From: Wickerhamiella versatilis
Lineage: Eukaryota
Reading direction: 5' to 3'
NCBI GenBank assembly: GCA_030867685.1
Contig: JAQOWU010000007.1
Span: 1,550,001 to 1,614,000 of the forward strand
DNA length: 64,000 bases
In this document: in pieces, positions 1 to 10,043 of the stretch
Layout: each line of letters starts with the position of its first letter
How positions within the stretch are numbered: position 1 is the first letter of the stretch
Program-made: the position numbers and the translations under genes
The notes under the pieces: model-generated
Told to the model about the DNA's origin: nothing
Seen by the model: the letters and a program-made list of their open reading frames with translations, nothing else
Database searches by the model: none

Positions 1-412
1 ATGGCGTGGCATATGAGTACATCCCTGGTTGCTGCGACGCATATGGTTGCGGCATGGTTGGTCCAGCTGCCTGCGAGGCCAGCCCTCCTGGAGCAGCTCC
101 ATTCGAACTGTTTGTTGCACCATCCTGGGATTCTTGGCCTGGCATAGGATAATAGTATGAAGGCTGAAACTGGGAATAGGGAGCAGCATAGTACTGTTGA
201 GCTACAGCAGCTTGCTGTGCCGCCAGTGCTTGGGCCTGGGCTGCCGAAGGGGGTATTACCGGCTGATGCTGATGCGAGGGCGATATATTGCTCCCCGGGG
301 TGCCATCTGCGGAAACTGTCGCAGTCGACTGTGGAGTCTGCGTTTGACGCGCCATTCCGTACGTTCCAGTGGACGCACCACTGTTCATTTGAGATGGCGG
401 ATAAGGATACAT
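1..412 (-). CDS. 5' part of a gene running off the window edge; Gln/Pro/Tyr/Ala-rich N-terminus typical of a transcription factor or RNA-binding protein
   Basis: Manual translation from ATG at 412 gives an open frame to the edge: MYPYPPSQMNSGASTGTYGMARQTQTPQ...AQAQALAAQQAAVAQQYYAAPYSQFQPSYYYPMPGQ...QPYASQQPGMYSYATP. Not in the ORF track because it has no stop in the window. Confidence 0.75.
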   Translation of the reverse strand, partial: MYPYPPSQMNSGASTGTYGMARQTQTPQSTATVSADGTPGSNISPSHQHQPVIPPSAAQAQALAAQQAAVAQQYYAAPYSQFQPSYYYPMPGQESQDGATNSSNGAAPGGLASQAAGPTMPQPYASQQPGMYSYATP

Positions 413-1124
413 AGACCGCCTGCGTGTGAAGGCTATGTAAGCACGGGCGCTAGTTAGTCGAACAATTGCGCAGCTTCCCTGTACTTAAACCCTAGCCCGA
501 CAGAAGGTAATCGGCCAAGTTACGCTCTAGGCCGAAGATATAGCTACCTCTATTACTATCCTTCGGCAAAATGATCCGCAGATGTTACCTGCAGTGCTGC
601 GGAACGGGGCGTCGATGTGGTAAAATGCACATGTTGGGCTAGGGGTATTCAACTCTGCGACGCACCTGCACCGAGATCGATAGCTTCTTGGCACTTAGTA
701 TATGAAAAACTCGTCGGCTAAACTGGATTTTTTCGTGAAAAATGCATTTGAATACGGGAATCTAGTTTAAGTTTTGTCTTTCGCTTTGTGACAGTGCTTA
801 GTGTTACAATGCGAACCTGTAACAAAGGGCAGCAGGAGCGCAGTAGCTCCGATCCGCATAGGTACAAGAATCGTTGACGCGCAGATAGCTAACCGAGAGA
901 AGATTCTCCGACGTACAGCTTGTCAAATAGTCGTTGTGGACGGGTCTAAAAAAACTGGAGACATGCAGTACCTAACCTTGTGTCACCCTCTTTTTTACGC
1001 GATCACGCCCTTTACCCTTCGATCGAAGAGTACTGGAACTCGGGATTGTGTATATTTAACTCAACGAATTAGGAATAATAATTAGTAGCCGAATCACTTC
1101 AAGGCTACAGCAAAGCTTAAACGC

Positions 1125-2195
1125 TCATTGTTTCAGAGAGTGCTCTGCTTGGGCCAGCCATGCGGCCTCAGTGGCAACTGTTCTCACAGTTAGATTGCGA
1201 TCAGCGACAGCTTCGTTAATAGAATCAAGTATTCGTGTTTGGTCGACTATTGCCTCGAGTCCGCCCTGTAAGTCGGTCGATTTGTTGAATTTCCCCACTC
1301 TCAACTTATGCAAGACCCTGCCCGCTGTACGGAGGGCCAGAGACCGTTGGGCTGGGTTCGAACTGCGGCCGAGGTGAGCCAGCTCGGCCAAAGTGTACCC
1401 AGCAGCACTTGGGGCATCACCATGATGATGTAGGCCCTCATCTGTCCTAATGTACCTGGACATCCGAGGTGTGATCAAATCTCCTCTGAAGTCGAATCGC
1501 AGCTCAGAGGGTGCAATAGAAACCATTTCAGCATTGTATTCAGCCTCATCAACCTCGTCAATAGGGCGCATCCAAGCAAGTTTATCTGTTTCCACTGGAA
1601 GATCCGAGAAATACTCTTTGAGCTCTTCAGGTGGGGGTGGGAAATGCGGTGCTAGATGCTTTTGTGGGTTACGTTGTGGATGTTCAAGATTATTTGGGGG
1701 GACCAGTGGAGCATCCTCGGGACCGTATGTCCGTTCTGGTAATTTTTCGTCACTATGAGGCTGTTTTTGTTCATTACTGTCCGGAGTGGCATGATCCTCT
1801 GGCATGGGGGTCTGTGGTTTGTCCTTCGGTTCATTCGTGTCACTCAAATTTGAAGCTGCATGTGGCGGTGGCGCCTCTGAGACGGCCTGACTTTCTTTCA
1901 GTTCTGCCCGACGCAGTAACGATGCTAGAACCTGGGGGTCAACGCTGTTAATTAATTCTTCCTTTTCAGCAACGACATCTTGCTGGCTCATTGAAGCAAG
2001 GTGCTTGATATTTTCAAGATGAATTTTTTCAGCATCATTTAGGGGGGCCTGCTTTGCTATCTGCCGTGGCTTTGCGGCTGGCCTCTGGGTTGATTTCTGA
2101 GAAAATAAGCTCTTTCGTGGCTTTGGATTCTTATTTTTTGGTTGAGGAGGCTCTGCAGAGCCAGTATCCCGTTCCACAATGTCACCAATATTCAT
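1125..2195 (-). CDS. RBA50: RNA polymerase II assembly factor Rba50/RPAP1
   Basis: RPAP1_N-like IHLENIKHLASMSQQDVVAEKEELINSVDP and RPAP1_C-like LRFDFRGDL...GLHHHGDAPSAAGYTLAELAHLGRSSNPAQR. Confidence 0.92.
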   Translation of the reverse strand: MNIGDIVERDTGSAEPPQPKNKNPKPRKSLFSQKSTQRPAAKPRQIAKQAPLNDAEKIHLENIKHLASMSQQDVVAEKEELINSVDPQVLASLLRRAELKESQAVSEAPPPHAASNLSDTNEPKDKPQTPMPEDHATPDSNEQKQPHSDEKLPERTYGPEDAPLVPPNNLEHPQRNPQKHLAPHFPPPPEELKEYFSDLPVETDKLAWMRPIDEVDEAEYNAEMVSIAPSELRFDFRGDLITPRMSRYIRTDEGLHHHGDAPSAAGYTLAELAHLGRSSNPAQRSLALRTAGRVLHKLRVGKFNKSTDLQGGLEAIVDQTRILDSINEAVADRNLTVRTVATEAAWLAQAEHSLKQ

Positions 2196-2239
2196 CAGAG
2201 GGTAAATTACGTAGCTACTTACTACTTACATATCATAAA

Positions 2240-2770
2240 CTATACTGCTGAGGAGAACCACAGTGTTCTTAATTCCGTGTATCGGAAGATGAGTATGCCA
2301 GCGAGGACCGACGACCAGACTCCCAGCAACAATGAGCTTAAGGGAAGGACGTAACAGTCTGGGGACGGTAAATCTAATGCAAACAGTGTTGCACTGCTCG
2401 CAATGGCATCACCCATGAAGACCAACAGCAGCGCATGTGCTGGCCCGAGCATTGTAAGTGGGGCGTTTTTTTTGCAGAAGGTGGTGGAACCACTTGCGAG
2501 GACAAGAGCACTTTCTGCCTGTGCTGTGATTAGTGTGAGAACGCAGCTAGACCTAGGCCACCCTGGTTCTAACTGTACAGTCACTAGCCACTTCACCGTG
2601 ATGATTGTGACTGACAATATTGTCCATAGTCCTGTGCCTAGTACGGACCATCCATCCGTAGGGATTGCTGTGTATGCCGGTGGTGCATCGTCTTCCTCGT
2701 CACCGTCTGGATTCACAAGTGAGCGCCGTTTGGCAATCGGAGATGGGGGAGCTATTTTCAATTCAAGCAT
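2240..2770 (-). CDS. Small multi-pass membrane protein with an N-terminal PY motif (PPAY); family not recognised
   Basis: 176-aa ATG ORF with an acidic stretch plus PPAY, followed by 3-4 hydrophobic segments. Confidence 0.55.
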   Translation of the reverse strand: MLELKIAPPSPIAKRRSLVNPDGDEEDDAPPAYTAIPTDGWSVLGTGLWTILSVTIITVKWLVTVQLEPGWPRSSCVLTLITAQAESALVLASGSTTFCKKNAPLTMLGPAHALLLVFMGDAIASSATLFALDLPSPDCYVLPLSSLLLGVWSSVLAGILIFRYTELRTLWFSSAV

Positions 2771-2998
2771 GGAATATTAACGTTTTGTGCGCTGCTCGGT
2801 TAGAGGATTAGGGAATTCTAGGCTGGGCTAGGGATAAAGTGGTCCTCTTTTATATAACATATCCATAAATAGAGATATGTATTTTCCATAGATGTTAATG
2901 GCAAGAAACGAAAATTTCTTTTTAAGTAGTAGTAGGTCCGTCCTTATCTTACCAATTTGGGCTCACGATGAATCACACAGCTTTAGTCAGCCTATTCA

Positions 2999-5900
2999 AT
3001 GGTCGTGGAAGATGCAAATCGTCCTCCATCCAACCTTGAAGGCATAGAGTTGCAGTCGCGATCTATTGCAAATAGTCGCAAAACCAGCTATACATCCCGC
3101 CTGAGTCAAGACGCGTCCTCAAGGCGTGGATCGGGCGATATCAAGCGGGATGTTTTATCTGCCCGTGCAAGCTCACGCAGGCAAAAATCAAGAATAGATT
3201 ACAGTTCATCCAACAGGAGAGCAAGAAAAATCATAGGCAAGGGTATTGCTATGAGTTCGCGGTCTATGCGTCCATTAAAAATCCTAAAGCGTCCCTTCCA
3301 AGCTATTCGCGATTATTGGAAGCGGAGGCGTGTATTACCCCCAACAAAGCAGGGGAGGGTAATACCTGTGAGTGTAGAGCCTAAAAAGCTCTTGGATGAA
3401 CGCACGAAAAAGCCATACCGATCGAACACAGTGTCATCAGCCATATACACAGTATGGGACTTTTTACCTCGACAGCTTGTCTACCAGTTCTCCAAGTTGG
3501 CAAATATTTATTTTCTTTTTGTAGCAATCCTGCAGATGATTCCATCTTGGAGTACGACGGGAAGTTATACCACAATCATTCCACTGATGATTTTTGTTGG
3601 TATCTCGATGGGTCGAGAGGGCTATGATGACTGGGGACGGCATCGCAATGACCGTGAAGAAAATAACCGCAAGTGTTTAGTATTGGAACCAGGGGGGGGA
3701 TACAAAACGGTGGCATGGAAAGAGGTTAAAGTCGGTGATATACTGCGCGTACTTCAGAATGAATGGATTCCCGCAGACATTGTTCTTCTTCATTCCTCTG
3801 GTCCAAAAGGTGTGGCATCTGTAGAGACTCTCGCGCTGGATGGTGAGACAAATTTGAAGACCCGAGAAACGCCGATCCAAATCCAGCAGGCGTTTGGACC
3901 AGACGAGCTGGAAACAGCCCAAGCGGTTGTAACCACTGAGGATCCGAATCTGGACTTGTATAACTTCGAAGGTTCATTCGATGTAAACGGAGAGCGTATC
4001 CCTCTATCGGGATCAAATGTTATCTATCGTGGTTCCATGCTTCGAAATACGGCATCTGTGTTGGGTGTGGTAGTCTTTTCCGGACAGGAGACGAAAGTGC
4101 AAATGAATGCAACGCGTGGGTCTCGTATAAAGGCACCAAAGCTTCAATCACTCGTCAACAAGATCGTTATTATGATGGCGTCTTACGTTTTACTTCTCAG
4201 TGGATTTTCCACACTAGCTGCTCGCAGAATTCAAGGCTCTCATGAATACTGGTACCTTCGTGGCCTCGATGTGTCGACCACTCAAAATATTATGGGATTT
4301 ATTATCATGTTCAACACCTTGATTCCCATATCTCTCTATGTGAGTATGGAGATCTGTAAGGTCTTTCAGAGCTTCATTATGGAAAGTGATGTGGATATGT
4401 ACGATGAGGTCAACGATGTACCGTGCCGTGTACAGACATCATCATTGAATGAGGAGCTGGGTCAAGTAAGCTATGTTTTTTCTGACAAGACAGGGACGCT
4501 TACAGACAATATCATGCTTTTCCGTAAGCTGAGCGTCGCTGGCCATCCATGGCTGCACGATCTTGACCTCTATTTTAATGAGGAGCCTGAAGATGGCGTA
4601 TACTTATTTCACAAGGCCAAGCAGCCCGATAACCCCTTGCCTGATTCTTCCCTCCTTGAACAACTTGCGTCACTACCACGGCGGTCGTTTGGCGGCAGGC
4701 TCTCGAACGCCAATCGTCTCAGTGCTCTTGCTCCCAGCAGAGCGAGCAATCGACCTAGGCCTAGTCGACAAAGTATGGGAACACCTCGTCCCAGCGGGCT
4801 AGGTGAGTGGCAATCCACAGCAAACCCGGAAAAACCTCAGACCACACCGTCTACTTTAACCCTCATCGAACATATCATGGAAAACCCGCTTTCTCCGTTT
4901 TCTAGAAAGGCGCACTTTTTCTTGCTGGCCATTGCCTTATGCCACACAGCTGCACCTGAGGTTGATCTTTCACAAGAGGTTGATGGAAGCCGCAAAATTG
5001 AGCAGCTTGACTACCAGGCAGCTTCGCCTGATGAACTTGCGCTTGTTGCGGCTGCGCGGGATATGGGATATCTTGTTATCGATCGACAACAAGACTCAAT
5101 CACTATTCGCACATATCCAGCTGGATTTAACGAGCCTCCACAAGATCAAAAATACGAAATTCTGGATGTCATTGAGTTTTCAAGTGCCCGTAAGCGGATG
5201 TCGATTATAGTCCGCCTACCGAATCAACAGATTGTAATTCTTTGCAAAGGTGCCGATAATGTGATTATTGAGCGGCTTAGAAAATCGCTATTGCGAGCAG
5301 CAAAAGCCAAAAAGAATGATATAGCAGAAGATTCCAATTTGCGACGCTCGATTGAGGCTGACCTGGCAGTTGAGACCCCAAGACCCTCACTTCAGTTCCG
5401 TCGCGGTGATCCGGCTAGTGCCACGTTTTTCTCGCTGGATGAAATGATTCGCAACTCAACCGCAGACAGGGATATCCAAGAGAGTGGGCGGAGGTCGATG
5501 CAAACCTGGAAATCAGGCAAGTCTGTAGTCACGGCACCAGAGCACCTGCGGGAGCCTTTTGAGGCAGAAATGTTCGATGACCGAACCGTTTTGGAGAGGA
5601 CACTAGAGCAGATTGATGAGTTTTCTACCGAGGGGTTGCGTACTTTGTTGTATGGTCACAGGTTCTTGACAAACGATGAATATGCTGCATTTAAGAAAGA
5701 GTATGATGAGGCTCGAAGTTCCCTAACGGACCGGCAAAAACACATAGAATCAGTTGGTGAGAAATTGGAGCGCGAGTTTGAGATAACTGGGGCTACGGCG
5801 ATTGAAGATAAACTTCAGCAAGGTGTTCCAGAGGCTATCGAAAAACTTCGGCGGGCCAATATCAGAATGTGGATGCTAACGGGAGACAAACGAGAAACTG

Positions 5901-7390
5901 CGATTAACATTGGCTACTCTTGTCGACTTATCAAGGACTACTCAACGTTGATTATCCTTCGTCATGAAGAAGATATTACGGCTAAAATACTGGCTGCTAT
6001 GGAAGAATTAGAACAAGAGCAGTTAGCACACACGGTTATGGTTTTGGATGGTGCTTGTCTTGCACGCATAAATGACGATGCTATCCTCCTTAGTATGTTT
6101 ATTGAGCTGGGTCTAAGGGTAGATGCAGTGATCCTTTGCCGAGCGTCACCATCGCAGAAAGCTAGTATCGTTAAGAACGTTCGGCAAAAGAAACCCAACA
6201 AGGTGATGCTTGCTATTGGTGATGGTGCAAACGATATTGCCATGTTACAAGCCGCTGATCTCGGAATAGGAATCGCAGGACGTGAGGGTCTGCAGGCAGC
6301 CCGGTCCTCTGATTTTGCAATAGGGCAGTTCCGCTTTCTATTGAAATTACTGTTTGTGCATGGCCGCTGGAATTATATACGGACGTCAAAGTACATTTTA
6401 TCAACTTTCTACAAGGAATTCATGTTTTACATGTGTCAAGTGGTATATCAGCGGAATACTATGTTTACTGGTACTTCGCTATTTGAAAGTTGGTCCATTT
6501 CCATGTTTAACACTCTCTTTACGTCCCTTCCAGTGATATGTATTGGTGTCATGGACCAGGATTTATCACCCACAACGCTCATAGCTATTCCAGAATTATA
6601 TCGACAAGGCCAGGAGAACCGTGGTTTTTCGATTATGAAGTTCATTTACTGGATTATCCTAGCTCAGTTGCAATGCGTGATGATATCCTTCCTGGCTTAC
6701 AATTTCTATGGGTCCAATTATGGTGCAAAAGATACTGCTATATACCCCTTGAGTGTTGTGGTATACTTGTCAGTGGTTCTAATTGTGTGCACCAAGTTCC
6801 AGTTCATCATCATGATGCACTATATCACGGCGATTTCGGTCTTAGCTGCTGGAATCTCTGTTTGGGGATATCTTGTTTGGAACTTGTTTGTTGGCGCCAT
6901 TTATGACTTGCAACCGTCCAAGACATATTTCGCAGAATCTGAATTCAAGCAGATTCTTGGAAAGGAAACCAGTTTTTGGGCAACCGTAGCGATCTGCTGG
7001 GTTTGTGGTGTGCTGTTTGAGCTGTCAGTCCTCATACTACAAAAGCTTATCCTCACCACTGATGCTGATGTTTTTGAACAGCTGGAAATGGAGCCGGTTA
7101 TTTACAAACGCCTCGAGCAAGAAGCAGAGTCAGAGCTCCATCAAGGATGGAAGTATCAAGACGAGCTGGATCACTCGTGGTGGGCGTTCTTCCGCTTGAA
7201 GTGGCCTGGTCAACCACGTGCACGAGGTCAAGATCCTGTCACCTCCCGACGAAGAAAGCGGGACATTATAGCGGAGAAGCTGTGGCGCAAGCGTACAGAT
7301 TATGACCGCGAAATCCAGGAGATACTGGAACAACGAGAACGAGAAACGGATAGAGAAACAACAACCTACACAGAGGACAGTCAAGTTTAG
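2999..7390 (+). CDS. DNF3: P4-type ATPase phospholipid flippase, Dnf3-like
   Basis: DGETNLK, SDKTGTLT phosphorylation motif, YQAASPDE, MLTGDKRETA and AIGDGANDIAM; long cytosolic inserts typical of the Dnf3 clade. Confidence 0.9.
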   Translation: MVVEDANRPPSNLEGIELQSRSIANSRKTSYTSRLSQDASSRRGSGDIKRDVLSARASSRRQKSRIDYSSSNRRARKIIGKGIAMSSRSMRPLKILKRPFQAIRDYWKRRRVLPPTKQGRVIPVSVEPKKLLDERTKKPYRSNTVSSAIYTVWDFLPRQLVYQFSKLANIYFLFVAILQMIPSWSTTGSYTTIIPLMIFVGISMGREGYDDWGRHRNDREENNRKCLVLEPGGGYKTVAWKEVKVGDILRVLQNEWIPADIVLLHSSGPKGVASVETLALDGETNLKTRETPIQIQQAFGPDELETAQAVVTTEDPNLDLYNFEGSFDVNGERIPLSGSNVIYRGSMLRNTASVLGVVVFSGQETKVQMNATRGSRIKAPKLQSLVNKIVIMMASYVLLLSGFSTLAARRIQGSHEYWYLRGLDVSTTQNIMGFIIMFNTLIPISLYVSMEICKVFQSFIMESDVDMYDEVNDVPCRVQTSSLNEELGQVSYVFSDKTGTLTDNIMLFRKLSVAGHPWLHDLDLYFNEEPEDGVYLFHKAKQPDNPLPDSSLLEQLASLPRRSFGGRLSNANRLSALAPSRASNRPRPSRQSMGTPRPSGLGEWQSTANPEKPQTTPSTLTLIEHIMENPLSPFSRKAHFFLLAIALCHTAAPEVDLSQEVDGSRKIEQLDYQAASPDELALVAAARDMGYLVIDRQQDSITIRTYPAGFNEPPQDQKYEILDVIEFSSARKRMSIIVRLPNQQIVILCKGADNVIIERLRKSLLRAAKAKKNDIAEDSNLRRSIEADLAVETPRPSLQFRRGDPASATFFSLDEMIRNSTADRDIQESGRRSMQTWKSGKSVVTAPEHLREPFEAEMFDDRTVLERTLEQIDEFSTEGLRTLLYGHRFLTNDEYAAFKKEYDEARSSLTDRQKHIESVGEKLEREFEITGATAIEDKLQQGVPEAIEKLRRANIRMWMLTGDKRETAINIGYSCRLIKDYSTLIILRHEEDITAKILAAMEELEQEQLAHTVMVLDGACLARINDDAILLSMFIELGLRVDAVILCRASPSQKASIVKNVRQKKPNKVMLAIGDGANDIAMLQAADLGIGIAGREGLQAARSSDFAIGQFRFLLKLLFVHGRWNYIRTSKYILSTFYKEFMFYMCQVVYQRNTMFTGTSLFESWSISMFNTLFTSLPVICIGVMDQDLSPTTLIAIPELYRQGQENRGFSIMKFIYWIILAQLQCVMISFLAYNFYGSNYGAKDTAIYPLSVVVYLSVVLIVCTKFQFIIMMHYITAISVLAAGISVWGYLVWNLFVGAIYDLQPSKTYFAESEFKQILGKETSFWATVAICWVCGVLFELSVLILQKLILTTDADVFEQLEMEPVIYKRLEQEAESELHQGWKYQDELDHSWWAFFRLKWPGQPRARGQDPVTSRRRKRDIIAEKLWRKRTDYDREIQEILEQRERETDRETTTYTEDSQV

Positions 7391-8074
7391 GACTATATTT
7401 ATCACAATGTTCTGGCTGAGAACAATAAAAATACTTTTGTAAGCTATATATTTAAATGGGCTTTAGCTCTCAAGCTTTTTATTTGGAAATTCGGAAATTT
7501 GATGCGTCTGGGAACACTGTCGTATTTGAACCGAAGCTGCAGCAGCATTCTGCAATATTGCGGTTCACTGACTTAGTCCTCTTATCGTAAGTGCTGCTAC
7601 CTAGGATGCTGACGTGCCAGTCAGATATTTACTCAGAAATAAGAGACACTTCCAAAAAAACGTCGGATCTAATCTGGAAAGATTTAAAAGTTTAGCTGCG
7701 AATAAGTGGGCTGTTATAAGCCGAATGCGTGAGCCGCTATGAGCATATTGCCAGTGAGCTAGGGGATGCCTGTCATGGAGCTAGGGTTGGCCCTCAGAGA
7801 AATGTGCCACGTTGGCCGCATTCGTACCAGACGAGGCTAGCCACCATTCGGAAGCTTATAGTTATAGATGTGTACTCTACATAAGCATATATATTTCATA
7901 GGAGTCTACATGTAAGATTAAATTACGCGACCGTCGCGCCGGATAAAATCTCCTCGGGCCAAGTCAGTGTAAAAACCTCACCCCGCAATGAGCAACGATC
8001 ACCCTAACCACAATTAGGCGGGAATTTCAGACTTATAAGTCCCCAAACTCATAATTCAGTCTGAGATAAAAAAA

Positions 8075-8995
8075 ATGTCGAAGGTTCCTGACTTTACGTT
8101 GAACACAGGTGCAAAAATCCCCGCTATTGGGCTGGGTACCTGGGAAGCTCCTCCAGGACAGGTAGGCCAAGCTGTATATCACGCTCTAAAGGTTGGCTAT
8201 CGTCATATTGACGGTGCAGCGATCTACGGCAACGAGACCGAGGTTGGCGAGGGAATCAAGAAGGCTATTGATGAAGGCATCCTTAAGCGTGATGAGCTTT
8301 TCGTGACAACAAAACTTTGGTTGCAGGATTTCCGCAAGGTGCCAGAGGCTCTTGACACGTCGCTCAAGAAGCTTGGTCTTGACTATGTCGATTTGTATTT
8401 GATGCATTGGCCAATTGCTCTTGATGCTGAAGGTAAACCCGACCCATCTATTACCTTCAATGAGGTGTGGGCCAGCATGGAGCAGCTTCCCAAGGAAAAG
8501 ACCCGGGCCATTGGAATCTCAAACTTCACTATTGCCAACACCAAGAAGCTCCTTGCCACCGCAAAGGTCACTCCGGCCGTGAATCAAGTCGAGTTGCATG
8601 TCAATATGCCCCAGCCCAGGCTTCTCGAATTCTTGCACAATGCTAAGTACGGGTTCCCTGCTCATGATGGTAAGCCGATCCTTGCTGAGGCTTACTCTCC
8701 CCTCGCAAGAGGTAATCTTGAAAATCCCATCGTCAAAAAGGTCGCTGAGAAGCATAAGACTTCGCCGGCCACTGTTGTTCTCTCATGGGGTATTGCACGG
8801 GGATGCGTAGTTCTGCCTAAATCAGTTACGCCCTCTCGTATCGATAGCAACTTGGAGTATGTGGCCCTTGACAGCGAGGACGTTAAGGAAATCACGGGCA
8901 TCACCAATGGTGGTAAGGAGCATTTGGCACGCCACAGTGAGTTCTTAATCGAGAAGGGTGTTGATGTCTTTAATAACAATGAAGACTCTCACTAA
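8075..8995 (+). CDS. NADPH-dependent aldo-keto reductase (Gcy1/Ypr1 family)
   Basis: IPAIGLGTW, GYRHIDGAAIYGNE, LFVTTKLW, DLYLMHWP, IGISNF, NQVELH, LPKSVTPSRI. Confidence 0.95.
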   Translation: MSKVPDFTLNTGAKIPAIGLGTWEAPPGQVGQAVYHALKVGYRHIDGAAIYGNETEVGEGIKKAIDEGILKRDELFVTTKLWLQDFRKVPEALDTSLKKLGLDYVDLYLMHWPIALDAEGKPDPSITFNEVWASMEQLPKEKTRAIGISNFTIANTKKLLATAKVTPAVNQVELHVNMPQPRLLEFLHNAKYGFPAHDGKPILAEAYSPLARGNLENPIVKKVAEKHKTSPATVVLSWGIARGCVVLPKSVTPSRIDSNLEYVALDSEDVKEITGITNGGKEHLARHSEFLIEKGVDVFNNNEDSH

Positions 8996-10043
8996 GGTAT
9001 CTAGAACAGTTTTCTAATTATTTCTACAGCTGCTCTTAAGATTAGTACGTGTGATGAAGGGTTGTATTGTATAGAACCTAATGCCAAGAGAGAGAGAGAG
9101 AACAGGGCTATATAATAACATGAGAAAGGACCAATTGCCAAACGGGTGCCTCAGCAGCTGAGGGTAAATATAGTTTCTTCGGCTGAGTTTGTTCGAAGAA
9201 GCATCTAAGTGATGTACGTTGTAGCATTGATAGGCTCAGAAGTTACTTTGTTTTAGCAACAGCACATGTCTCATGTAAGGCAGAACGTTGAAGAGCATGC
9301 TCTTTACATTCCCCAGAAGAACCTAAAATAATCTGCAACTCTCAATTTTAAATATTGCAAATATCCACTGAAGTAGGCTTAATCGTTTGAGACCTGCTGC
9401 CACAATATGCGCGCTTGACAAATTTCATCACGAAGATTGAGTGATTGCTTCCTTGTATGCAGAAGCAACTCAATTCCACGTAAAGCCTTTTCAAGCTCTG
9501 CTTGGCAGTCTTGAAGTATTTTTGCGCGCTGTGTTTCGAATACCATGGCCGGCATGTTTGATAGACAACTTGTGCTTACTTAGGGAAAACTCGATGAAAA
9601 GCAAAAAGTTTCTCAGCAAGTTTACGAGGGTGAGCGCAAATTACAAGCCGCACTTACTATGCGGGCTATGGCAACCTTAGAATTCTTGTCATTACAATGG
9701 TACCACTCTACTTTCTAACGAGAAATGTTTTATGTGATATTATCTCATATATACTTTTAAACGAATTAGCCAGCATAACATGATAATCCCGCTTTGCTTT
9801 GTTTTTTTTGAAGTTGCTTGCTATATCTGTAGCTGTGACAGGAAATGCACACCCCTCAATATCTGGGTTGCTCGTCTTCAGTTAAAATAGGTCGTAGGCC
9901 GGTCAGGAGGCTTTCCTCATGCTATTGGGAGGTTTAAAGTATAATGACATGTGAATCATGTTGACAATGCCAGCGCAATCCTTGCTCTTCTTGCAGGGGC
10001 TACTTGAGGTGCACTGACCAGTTTGTCTAAGTAAGCTAATGGG

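Noticed and set aside
157-457. Plus-strand 85-aa and 86-aa ORFs
   Set aside because: They are shadows of the minus-strand Q/P/Y-rich gene starting at 412
8075-8995. Possible bacterial horizontal transfer of the aldo-keto reductase
   Set aside because: Motifs fit the fungal Gcy1/Ypr1 type and nothing in the sequence points to a bacterial origin; only a phylogeny could show otherwise
9520-9560. GTTTCGAATACC resembling a tRNA T-loop
   Set aside because: No cloverleaf, acceptor stem or A-box could be built
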